Shown: positions 9,048 to 16,840 of the stretch, in pieces | How positions within the stretch are numbered: the first letter of the stretch is position 1 | Layout of the letters: each line of letters begins with the position of its first letter | Source of the DNA: Treponema sp. | GTDB lineage: Bacteria; Spirochaetota; Spirochaetia; Treponematales; Breznakiellaceae | Assembly: GCA_031254365.1 (NCBI GenBank) | Contig: JAIRUN010000097.1 | Span: 1-42,602, forward strand | Direction of reading: 5' to 3' | DNA length: 42,602 nt | Program-made: the position numbers and the translations under genes | The notes under the pieces: generated by a model | The model's database searches: none | What the model saw: only the letters and a program-made list of their open reading frames with translations | What the model was told of the DNA's origin: nothing

Positions 9048-9919
9048 CCAGGAAAAAAAAGGAAAAAGAAACAAGGGAATTAAAAGTATCGTTCCTTTCA
9101 AAGATGGAATATAAGTGCCCGGTCTGCGGATGTATTTTCCGCAGGGAAGAGCTGCTCTCAGGCGGCGGCAGACTGATCGCCGGTGATATGACAGAGGAAC
9201 TTCACCGGATATTCGAACCTTCATTAAAATACGGTGAAATATATCCCTTGGTGTATCTGGCAACAGTTTGTCCCGAATGCTGGTTTGCCTCAATGGAAGG
9301 TGATTTTCTCCAGCTTCCTCCTGCCAAGCGGTCAAAGATCAAGGAGGATCAGGAATGCCGCATGGCGGAAACGCAGTTGATTTTTCCCGGCATTGATTTT
9401 AATAATCCACGAAGATTGATGGAAGGCGCTGCATCCCAATATCTGACGCTCCGCTGTTATGATCAATACACCAAAGAATTTTCTCCTACTATCAAACGGG
9501 GCCTTGCCGCGCTGCGGACTGCATGGCTTTTGGACGATCTCAACAAACGATTCCCCAAACAGCATTATGACTGGCTGGGAATCCTGTTCCGCAAAAAGGC
9601 CCAGTATTTTTATAACGATGCTCTTGACCGCGAGCAGACCGGCGGTGAAACCATGTCGGGCCTCAAGATATACGGCCCCGATATAGACAAGAATTATTCG
9701 TATGAGGGAATGCTTTACCTCTGCTCATACCTTCGCTACAAATTCGGCCCTGCGCATGATCCTGAGCAGCGGAAAGCCTCCCTTGAATATTCCCGCAGAA
9801 CCATTGCCAAGCTCTTTGGTATGGGAAAAGCCTCCAAAGACAAGCCCGGCGCGTTTCTGGAAATGGCCAGGACGATGTATGATACCATCAACAAGGAAAT
9901 TGAAGAGATGGGGGCATGA
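9044..9919 (+). CDS. DUF2225-type protein (CPxC zinc ribbon plus helical/TPR-like region)
   Basis: CPVC and CPEC pairs, LRTAWL motif. Position between acpS and truA matches the spirochaete arrangement. Confidence 0.75.
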   Translation: MTRKKKEKETRELKVSFLSKMEYKCPVCGCIFRREELLSGGGRLIAGDMTEELHRIFEPSLKYGEIYPLVYLATVCPECWFASMEGDFLQLPPAKRSKIKEDQECRMAETQLIFPGIDFNNPRRLMEGAASQYLTLRCYDQYTKEFSPTIKRGLAALRTAWLLDDLNKRFPKQHYDWLGILFRKKAQYFYNDALDREQTGGETMSGLKIYGPDIDKNYSYEGMLYLCSYLRYKFGPAHDPEQRKASLEYSRRTIAKLFGMGKASKDKPGAFLEMARTMYDTINKEIEEMGA

Positions 9920-10725
9920 CGCGTCACGTACCCGGCAGAAATATTAAACTGCTCATCGCGTATGATGGCACTGATTTTTCAGGATGGCAGAAACAGGGAG
10001 GATACACCCCGCCGGAAAATTCCACCGGGCTTTCCGCAGGGGTCAGGGGCCGAACAGTACAGGGTGTCATTGAACAGGCCCTTGCACAAATGCACAAGGA
10101 GCCAGTTACGCTTACCGGATCAGGCCGCACTGATTCGGGCGTACACGCCGCAGGGCAAGTCGCCAATTTTTACACTACAATTAACAACATTCCGCCGGAT
10201 CGTTTTGTGCCTGCCCTGAACGGCCTGCTTCCCGCTGATGTGCGGATTCTTTCGGCGGATGAAACCCGTCCTGATTTTCACGCCCGCTTTGATGCCCGCA
10301 TGAGAACATACCGCTATCATTGTATCTGCGGACGCCATGCCCTGCCCCACGAGAACCGCTATAATTTGCAGCTCTGGCGCTACCCGCGCCTGGAAACACT
10401 TAACGCATACTGCCGCCTGTTATTGGGTGAGCGGGATTGTTCTGTTTTTGCCGGGGCGGGCGACATGAGTGTATCCCGCAGCAGATATATTTTTCACGCC
10501 GGTTTTATGGTGGAAGCCGGTCGGCTGATCTTCGAAATCAGCGCCAATGCCTTTTTGTGGAAGATGGTGCGTTCAATCGCCGGGACTTTTCTCCATTACG
10601 AGGAACGCGGCTCGCCGCCTGAAGAACTGCGGGATATAATCGCATCGGGTGACCGCAGCCGCGCCGGCCCTACCCTGCCCCCGCAGGGACTGTTCCTCTG
10701 GAAGATCGATTATTACCGTGCCTAG
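9916..10725 (+). CDS. truA: tRNA pseudouridine(38-40) synthase
   Basis: YDGTDFSGWQ, GSGRTDSGVHA, FHARF, FLWKMVR and PPQGLFL motifs. Confidence 0.96.
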   Translation: MTRHVPGRNIKLLIAYDGTDFSGWQKQGGYTPPENSTGLSAGVRGRTVQGVIEQALAQMHKEPVTLTGSGRTDSGVHAAGQVANFYTTINNIPPDRFVPALNGLLPADVRILSADETRPDFHARFDARMRTYRYHCICGRHALPHENRYNLQLWRYPRLETLNAYCRLLLGERDCSVFAGAGDMSVSRSRYIFHAGFMVEAGRLIFEISANAFLWKMVRSIAGTFLHYEERGSPPEELRDIIASGDRSRAGPTLPPQGLFLWKIDYYRA

Positions 10726-10769
10726 CGGCCCAAAAAAATTCGAAAAAAGTGGTTTTCTTTCAAAAAAGG

Positions 10770-10798
10770 TTGACCCTTTTCTTTTGGCGTGATATTTT
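10770..10798 (+). promoter_or_regulatory. sigma70-type promoter
   Basis: TTGACC-N17-TATTTT with an extended TG, upstream of the lipoprotein at 10884. Confidence 0.55.
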
Positions 10799-10849
10799 AC
10801 TGTTTATAAGGGACTTATCTTACAGGGCAGGTGTTTTTGGAAAATAGCC

Positions 10850-10878
10850 CGTATGGGCTTATTGATAGACACAGGAGG
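10850..10878 (+). promoter_or_regulatory. 5' leader motif CGTATGGG-N13-ACAGGAGG (copy 2), on a hairpin before the SD
   Basis: AATAGCCC-GTAT-GGGCTTATT hairpin, then ACAGGAGG. Motif and spacing identical to 7316-7344. Confidence 0.5.
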
Positions 10879-10883
10879 AATAT

Positions 10884-11468
10884 ATGAGGTACATGGTTTT
10901 TATGCTCGTTTTTGTGTTGTTTTTTGTTGCTTGTCCTACAGAAGATGAAATATTGATAGAGACAAAAGCGTGGGAATCAAAAGACGGGTTTATACAATTT
11001 TATACAAATGATTCGAAGAACTATGGAAAAATTTTTTGGACAGCCTATGAAAATGTAAATGCCGCAAATACCTATGAGATTGAATGTAAAAAAATGAGCG
11101 GTTCTGAAGATTGGCACTATGGGATGATATTCGATGTGTCGTTGGATCTCTATACATATCACCGAATAGCAATAACCAGTGATGGCTATTATAGTGTGTA
11201 TTCACAAAATGGAAAAGACGATGAAGGGACAATGCAGAAGAGTTGGATACGCTCAGATAAATTAAATACCGGGTATGATACACTAAACAGTATAAAAGTA
11301 ACGAAATCAGGTACAACCTATACTGTTTTCCTGAATGATGCTCAAGTTTTTGAATTTACTAGCAGTATAACCGGCGGTAATAGAATAGGATATTTTGCTA
11401 TTGTGGGTTCAGAAGAGGATGAGGACTTCCCCAATAACCCGGTAGATGTCAGATTCAGGCAAAAATAA
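10884..11468 (+). CDS. Hypothetical lipoprotein, beta-sandwich (ConA/DUF1080-like pattern)
   Basis: AGGAGG SD, signal peptide ending FFVAC-P. Beta-strand pattern YGMIF..AITSDGYY..NSIKVTKSG..YTVFLND; AT-rich. Confidence 0.7.
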   Translation: MRYMVFMLVFVLFFVACPTEDEILIETKAWESKDGFIQFYTNDSKNYGKIFWTAYENVNAANTYEIECKKMSGSEDWHYGMIFDVSLDLYTYHRIAITSDGYYSVYSQNGKDDEGTMQKSWIRSDKLNTGYDTLNSIKVTKSGTTYTVFLNDAQVFEFTSSITGGNRIGYFAIVGSEEDEDFPNNPVDVRFRQK

Positions 11469-11474
11469 AGATAC

Positions 11475-11509
11475 TACCCCCAAAAAGGTGACTGACACCT
11501 CTTTGGGTA
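11475..11509. terminator. Hairpin between convergent genes (bidirectional terminator or REP-like palindrome)
   Basis: TACCCCCAAAAAGGTG-ACTGA-CACCTCTTTGGGTA imperfect inverted repeat. Confidence 0.5.
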
Positions 11510-11569
11510 TAGGCCATCTAAGGGGGCGGTGCAGGGCAGTGCCCCTCAGCGACGGGTCAAGTTTAGGAC

Positions 11570-12145
11570 TCAGTTCGACTGGGCGGTATAGGTTTTATCA
11601 TCGGCAAGATCAATGCCCAGGAGTCTTTTGGTCAGCGAAGGGGAAGAACACCAGAGCGTAACCGGATCATTACTGATGCGGGTATTGACCTTCAGATAGA
11701 CATAGCCGCCGGGAAGTTTCCATGAACACTCATAGGGCCGCATCTCTCTGATTATCCCGTCAAAAAGATAAGTCGGCCCGTAACGGCTGCGCAGATCCTG
11801 CCGCACAGCATTGTAACATCCCATTAACTCATCCAAATTATAGGTAAGAAAATAGTAAGTTCCGCCCTCAAGACCGTTTTCTGAAAAATACACCACCATA
11901 TAAGTGGGGAAACCCAGCACCTCAATGTTCTCATAGACCAGGGATCTGAGGCCGTTATTTTCTTCCTGCGCAACAGGATTACCCATTCTTTTGGAAAAAT
12001 CCTCAAAACTCGTTCCCCAGGAGAAATCACGGAAACTGACATTGGTCTCGTATACTTCGGTTCCTTCATCTGTGGTTCTCTTTCCCTGAGCAAACAGGAC
12101 CGCGGTCAGCAGCAAACACACAGGAATTATATATAGCTTTTTAAT
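11570..12145 (-). CDS. Hypothetical secreted protein, probable ATT start
   Basis: Track ORF 11570-12121 extends in frame to ATT at 12145, 6 nt after an AGGGGG SD, giving signal peptide (M)KKLYIIPVCLLLTAVLFA-Q. Confidence 0.7.
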   Translation of the reverse strand: MKKLYIIPVCLLLTAVLFAQGKRTTDEGTEVYETNVSFRDFSWGTSFEDFSKRMGNPVAQEENNGLRSLVYENIEVLGFPTYMVVYFSENGLEGGTYYFLTYNLDELMGCYNAVRQDLRSRYGPTYLFDGIIREMRPYECSWKLPGGYVYLKVNTRISNDPVTLWCSSPSLTKRLLGIDLADDKTYTAQSN

Positions 12146-12165
12146 AGTATTCCCCCTAAATCACA

Positions 12166-12193
12166 TTATCGGCAGCAGAAGCTGAATTCTTGA
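12166..12193 (-). promoter_or_regulatory. Candidate sigma28 (FliA/SigD) promoter
   Basis: Minus strand TCAA-N16-GCCGATAA; the -10 is an exact match to the sigma28 consensus. Confidence 0.55.
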
Positions 12194-12201
12194 GTGTCAG
12201 C

Positions 12202-12245
12202 CAAGCCGCAGGGTAATGAAGAACATCGTGACAAGCCGCAGGGTA
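12202..12245. repeat. 14-bp direct repeat CAAGCCGCAGGGTA x2 (30-bp period)
   Basis: Exact copies at 12202-12215 and 12232-12245. Confidence 0.7.
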
Positions 12246-12270
12246 TGACCCGCCTTCAATCAGCGGATAC

Positions 12271-12333
12271 TTAACCATTTTTTAACAATCGTTTCACCGG
12301 CCCTTAACAAAAGGTCTATATGTTTTCTATAAT
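12271..12333 (+). promoter_or_regulatory. Pho box (four 11-bp-phased TT(A/C)AC repeats) plus -10 TATAAT
   Basis: TTAAC 12271, TTAAC 12282, TTCAC 12293, TTAAC 12304 and TATAAT 12328, directly upstream of phoU-phoB-phoR. Confidence 0.8.
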
Positions 12334-12364
12334 TATTAAGGTATTAGGATAATAAGGAACTGAT

Positions 12365-13024
12365 ATGAATACACGGATTATGTTTCTGGAAGAAATGAAC
12401 CGGCTGCGGCATGATCTTTTGGCTATGGCCACGCGGGTCGAGGAGGATTTGGGCAAGGCCCTGAGCGCCCTGCGGAGCAATGATACCGAACTGGCAAATG
12501 AAGTAAAGGCCGGGGATGCGGTGATCAACGCCATGCAGATTAAAATCGAGGATGAAGCCGCCATTGTTATCGCTACGCAGCAGCCTGTGGCCCGCGATCT
12601 GCGGGAACTGGTTACCATTTTCAAGCTGACAAGCAACTTTGAGCGTGTGGGGGATCATGCGGTGCATTTGGCAAAGACGGTGATACGGCTTTCCAAAGAA
12701 CCGCCCTTCCGCTCAATGGAACGTCTTGAACGGATGACGGAAACCGGAAAGGAGATGATCCGCGATTCCATCGCCGCTTTTCTCGCGCATGACGCGGAAG
12801 GGGCGCGAAAGACCGCGGCCCTTGATGACCGGATCGATGAGGAACACAAAGCCCTGACCGAAGAAATTCTGGCATTGATGAAAGAACATCCTGAACTGGT
12901 CAAAAAGGCGGCCCGCCTGCTCCAGACTTCAAACCAGCTTGAGCGCATGGGCGATCACATCACCAATATTTGCGAAGGCATAATCTATATGGTCGAAGGC
13001 AAACACGAGGAACTGAACGAGTAA
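12365..13024 (+). CDS. phoU: Phosphate signalling complex protein PhoU
   Basis: QQPVARDLR, ERVGDHA and ERMGDHITNICE repeats. Confidence 0.96.
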   Translation: MNTRIMFLEEMNRLRHDLLAMATRVEEDLGKALSALRSNDTELANEVKAGDAVINAMQIKIEDEAAIVIATQQPVARDLRELVTIFKLTSNFERVGDHAVHLAKTVIRLSKEPPFRSMERLERMTETGKEMIRDSIAAFLAHDAEGARKTAALDDRIDEEHKALTEEILALMKEHPELVKKAARLLQTSNQLERMGDHITNICEGIIYMVEGKHEELNE

Positions 13025-13728
13025 TGACGCCAAAAGCGGTTGTACTGATCATCGAAGACGATCCCGGAATTCAGGAATTGCTCTCTGTTTCCATGTCAAA
13101 TGAAGGCTGGAAACTTTTGCAGGCTCAAACCGGGGAAGAAGGGCTGGGGTTCCTGAAAACGGAAACGGTCAACTGTATTCTGCTGGATATTATGCTTCCG
13201 GGAATAGATGGCCTCAAGGTACTGAAAAAAATCAAAGACATGGAACGATGCCGGAATATTCCGGTGATAATGACTACCGCAAAGGGAGAAGACGCGGATG
13301 TTATTACCGGCCTGGAACTTGGGGCCGATGATTATGTGGTAAAGCCCTACAGTCCCAAAGTGCTGATCGCGCGGGTGCGGGCGGGCCTCAGGCGGCAGGA
13401 AGAAGGCAGCTTCAATACCCATGCGCAGACAACAGCATGGCAGCAGGGAAAGCTCAGACTTGACGCGTCCCGTCATACGGCGTATTACGATGACCAGCCC
13501 CTTGATCTTCACGCCACTGAATTCGCGCTCTTGCAGCATTTCATCTCCCATCCTGACATTGTATTTTCCCGTAATCAGATCATTACCGCCATCAAGGGGC
13601 CGGATTACCCGGTTACTGATCGTTCGGTTGATGTGCAGATTCTGGGGCTGCGAAAAAAACTGGGAGAAGCGGGCGAAATGATAGAAACCATACGGGGCGT
13701 TGGCTACCGGTTCAGGGTATTGATATGA
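13024..13728 (+). CDS. phoB: OmpR/PhoB-family response regulator (phosphate regulon)
   Basis: REC (IEDD, LLDIMLPG, GADDYVVKP) plus winged helix (RSVDVQILGLRKKL, IETIRGVGY). ATG overlaps the phoU stop (TAATG). Confidence 0.9.
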   Translation: MTPKAVVLIIEDDPGIQELLSVSMSNEGWKLLQAQTGEEGLGFLKTETVNCILLDIMLPGIDGLKVLKKIKDMERCRNIPVIMTTAKGEDADVITGLELGADDYVVKPYSPKVLIARVRAGLRRQEEGSFNTHAQTTAWQQGKLRLDASRHTAYYDDQPLDLHATEFALLQHFISHPDIVFSRNQIITAIKGPDYPVTDRSVDVQILGLRKKLGEAGEMIETIRGVGYRFRVLI

Positions 13729-15506
13729 ATATATTCCGTAAAAGCCTCCTCACTTTGAGTCTTGCGGCTCTGGGGCTTTCCGCTGTTATGGTTGTTTCGG
13801 TATTGGCCTCTATGAATTCCCTGTACTACGAGACAAACGCCAATGCCTTGCGTGATACCGCAAACGCCATGATTACACTTGCCGGGGAAGATCGGCTGGC
13901 AGATTATTTTGCGGAAGGCAGGGGCGATTTTTCGTATAACCCAGGAGTTTACCGGCTGACCCTGATTGACCGGGCCGGTTATGTCCTGTGGGACTCCCAG
14001 ATTGAGGGGACTCTGGTCAATCATATAAACCGTGAAGAAGTCCTTGCCGCCCTTGCGGGCAATGAAGGAAGCGCCCGGCGGAATTCTCTCAATACCGGAA
14101 TGAGGCAGATTTATTCAGCGCTGCCAATTCATGCCGCAGATGGCAATGTTATCGGAGTATTCCGGCTGTCTCTCGACATTCCAGATTTCTGGCAGCGTAT
14201 AAGTCCGGCAGGTCTTTCCTTTCTGCTTTTTGCGGGTTTGTTAGCTGTCATTGGCTTTGCCGCGATAGCCGCTTTTTCCCGTTCCCTTTCCGTTTCTCTT
14301 GCCCGGCTGGTGTCAATCGCGCAGACCGCAGCCGGCGATTCCCAAAACACGGAGCAATTACCGCTTGTTTCCGTTTCCGGCGAAGCCATAGAATTCCTCG
14401 CCCTTGAAACGGCATTGCGAAGCATGACATCGGAACTGAATCTGCGTATTGAGCAGGCCAGAGCGGAAGGCCGGAAACTTGAGGCCATTCTCGATGGAAT
14501 ATCCGAAGCGGTACTCGCCATGGACGAAAAATTTATTCTGCATCTGGTTAACCCCTGCGCGCGGACCCTGTTCGGGACTGACAAAGATCAGGATCTGCGG
14601 GGCCTTTCTCTGCTTGAAGCTGTCCGCTCCACGGAACTGGAACAGATAGCAAAAAAAGTGCTTGCCGAAGGCCGCTCGTTGGACATGGAGCTGAGGCTCC
14701 ATACCGCGGGCATGGAACAGCTCTTTCAGGTTTTCGCCTCGCCCTTTTACACAGCTTCCGCCGAAACGGAAAAAGGCCGCAATGGTATAGTCATGGTTTT
14801 GACAGATGTTACCCGGCTGGTCAGGCTCGAACAGGTGCGCAAGGATTTTGTCGCAAATGTTTCCCATGAACTGCGCACTCCCATTCAGCTTATCAAAGGT
14901 TTTTCCGAAAATCTCGAAGATTCATCGTTTGAAGATAAAGAACAGACCCGGCGCTTTATTAAAATAATCCACAAGAACGCCGGAGTCATGGAGAACCTCA
15001 CCGATGATCTTCTGGTTCTGGCAGGTCTTGAAAATGGAGACAGCGCCCATTCTGATATGGAGGAACAGCAGCTTGCCCCGCTTTTTGCCGACGCGATTAT
15101 ATCTGTGGAATCACAAGCCAGAAAGAAACGGATCGAAATTATCGACAACTGCCCCGCTGATCTCAAGGCAAAAGTCCACGGTTCATTTATCACCCAGGCG
15201 CTGATTAACCTTCTGGATAACGCTATCAAATATTCGCCGGAAAAGTCGAGGGTCTGGGCATCAGCTTTTCGGGAAAATGGAGAGACCACGCTGGAAGTAA
15301 AAGACGAAGGCATTGGCATTTCCGCCGAACATCTGGAACGAATATTTGAACGCTTTTACCGCATTGACCGCGTCCACAGCCGCGAAGCCGGAGGCACTGG
15401 CCTGGGGCTTTCCATTGTACGCCACATTGCCCTGCTTCACCGGGGGATAGCCCAGGTGGAAAGCCACGCCGGTGAAGGCTCAGTATTCAGAATTAAATTC
15501 CCTTAA
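13725..15506 (+). CDS. phoR: Phosphate regulon sensor histidine kinase (TM-HAMP-PAS-HisKA-HATPase)
   Basis: NHINREEV, RKDFVANVSHELRTP, NLLDNAIKYS, ERFYR and GGTGLGL motifs; operon context. Confidence 0.92.
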   Translation: MNIFRKSLLTLSLAALGLSAVMVVSVLASMNSLYYETNANALRDTANAMITLAGEDRLADYFAEGRGDFSYNPGVYRLTLIDRAGYVLWDSQIEGTLVNHINREEVLAALAGNEGSARRNSLNTGMRQIYSALPIHAADGNVIGVFRLSLDIPDFWQRISPAGLSFLLFAGLLAVIGFAAIAAFSRSLSVSLARLVSIAQTAAGDSQNTEQLPLVSVSGEAIEFLALETALRSMTSELNLRIEQARAEGRKLEAILDGISEAVLAMDEKFILHLVNPCARTLFGTDKDQDLRGLSLLEAVRSTELEQIAKKVLAEGRSLDMELRLHTAGMEQLFQVFASPFYTASAETEKGRNGIVMVLTDVTRLVRLEQVRKDFVANVSHELRTPIQLIKGFSENLEDSSFEDKEQTRRFIKIIHKNAGVMENLTDDLLVLAGLENGDSAHSDMEEQQLAPLFADAIISVESQARKKRIEIIDNCPADLKAKVHGSFITQALINLLDNAIKYSPEKSRVWASAFRENGETTLEVKDEGIGISAEHLERIFERFYRIDRVHSREAGGTGLGLSIVRHIALLHRGIAQVESHAGEGSVFRIKFP

Positions 15507-15570
15507 AAACACATTCTGTTGATTAAAGCGCCACGCATCCCAACTCCATATATAGGGTATGGAGAAATAT

Positions 15571-16728
15571 ATGAAAAACATTGCTGTAGTTCTTGCTATC
15601 CTGCTTTTGTGGCTGACAAGCGGCTGCGATCTTTCCCCGGAAGCGGAGAAGAAGCCGGTACAGCCGAATTCCAGTTCCATTGCCATTATGACATGGAATG
15701 TGCAGGCCCTTTTTGACGGGACTGAAACAGGGAATGAGTATGACGACTACCGGGAATCGGCGGGATGGACTCAGGAAAAATATGCCGGGCGGCTTAATGT
15801 GATCGCAAAGGCCATATCAGACATGGAACAAAAGCCGGATATTATCGCCCTGCAAGAGATCGAATCCGCCCAGGTTGTGAATGATCTTGCCGCCGCGCTC
15901 TCGGCGCATGGTTATGGCTGGACCCATTTTGCCAATATACCCGGAATGAGCCTGGGAGTCGGCCTTATGAGCCGCTTCCCCCTGAGCGAGGCAAAGGCCC
16001 ATGCGGTCAATATTGAAGGTATCATTGCTCCCCGGCCAATGCTGGAAGCGCGAATTAATACCGTCCAATCAGACGATAGCAGCGCTTCGCTGGTCTTGTT
16101 TGTCTGCCACTGGAAATCGAAACTCGGCGGCGATGACGCGACTGAAAGCACCCGCCGGGCATCGGCGCGGATCATCCTGCGCCGGATGCGGGAGCTTGCG
16201 GAAAGCGACCCGCGGCTTCCGGTGATTGTCATGGGCGATCTTAATGAAAACTATGATGAGTTCTACCGGCGCAGTGGAACGGTAATAAGCGCCCTGCTTC
16301 CCGATGATCCCCGCTCGGCGGAGATTGCCAATCTGTACGGTTTTGACGAAGATAATCCGGCTGCCGCAGTCATGCTCAAAGAATTGCAGAAAGATTTTCT
16401 GATTATCAGCAAAAAAAAGCCCCCTGAAACACGGTATTTTCCCGCCGGGGTTTTGACACTGTACTCACCCTGGGCCGCCGAATTGCAGGACGGCTCCTAT
16501 TTCTATAAAAACGACTGGGAGACCATCGATCATTTTCTGCTGTCAGCACAGCTCTTTGAGGGAACGGGCTGGGCATTTGAAAATTGCGTGACGCTTAATA
16601 ATCCCCCCTTTACCAACACAAACGGGCATCCGGCTGCATATAACCCGCGAACCGGTTCCGGTCTGAGCGACCATCTGCCCCTGCTGCTGTTTTTGAAATT
16701 TACCAGACAGGGAACCGCAGTTCCCTAA
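15571..16728 (+). CDS. Endonuclease/exonuclease/phosphatase (EEP) family lipoprotein
   Basis: Lipobox LTSGC; TWNVQ, LQEIE, HWKSK, MGDLNE, IDHFL and SDHLP motifs. Start at ATG 15571 after GGAG. Confidence 0.9.
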   Translation: MKNIAVVLAILLLWLTSGCDLSPEAEKKPVQPNSSSIAIMTWNVQALFDGTETGNEYDDYRESAGWTQEKYAGRLNVIAKAISDMEQKPDIIALQEIESAQVVNDLAAALSAHGYGWTHFANIPGMSLGVGLMSRFPLSEAKAHAVNIEGIIAPRPMLEARINTVQSDDSSASLVLFVCHWKSKLGGDDATESTRRASARIILRRMRELAESDPRLPVIVMGDLNENYDEFYRRSGTVISALLPDDPRSAEIANLYGFDEDNPAAAVMLKELQKDFLIISKKKPPETRYFPAGVLTLYSPWAAELQDGSYFYKNDWETIDHFLLSAQLFEGTGWAFENCVTLNNPPFTNTNGHPAAYNPRTGSGLSDHLPLLLFLKFTRQGTAVP

Positions 16729-16840
16729 AATGTTTTTCTTGCCCTTTTGATGCTTTTTTCTTATTTTATAATAAAAGAGAAGTTTTTCAAAATCCGGTTA
16801 GTCTTGAAAGTAAAAAAGATGTAAAAACGGAGGTACGGTC

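Noticed and set aside
12202-12245. Possible mini-CRISPR
   Set aside because: Only two 14-bp repeats with a 16-bp spacer, and no cas genes.
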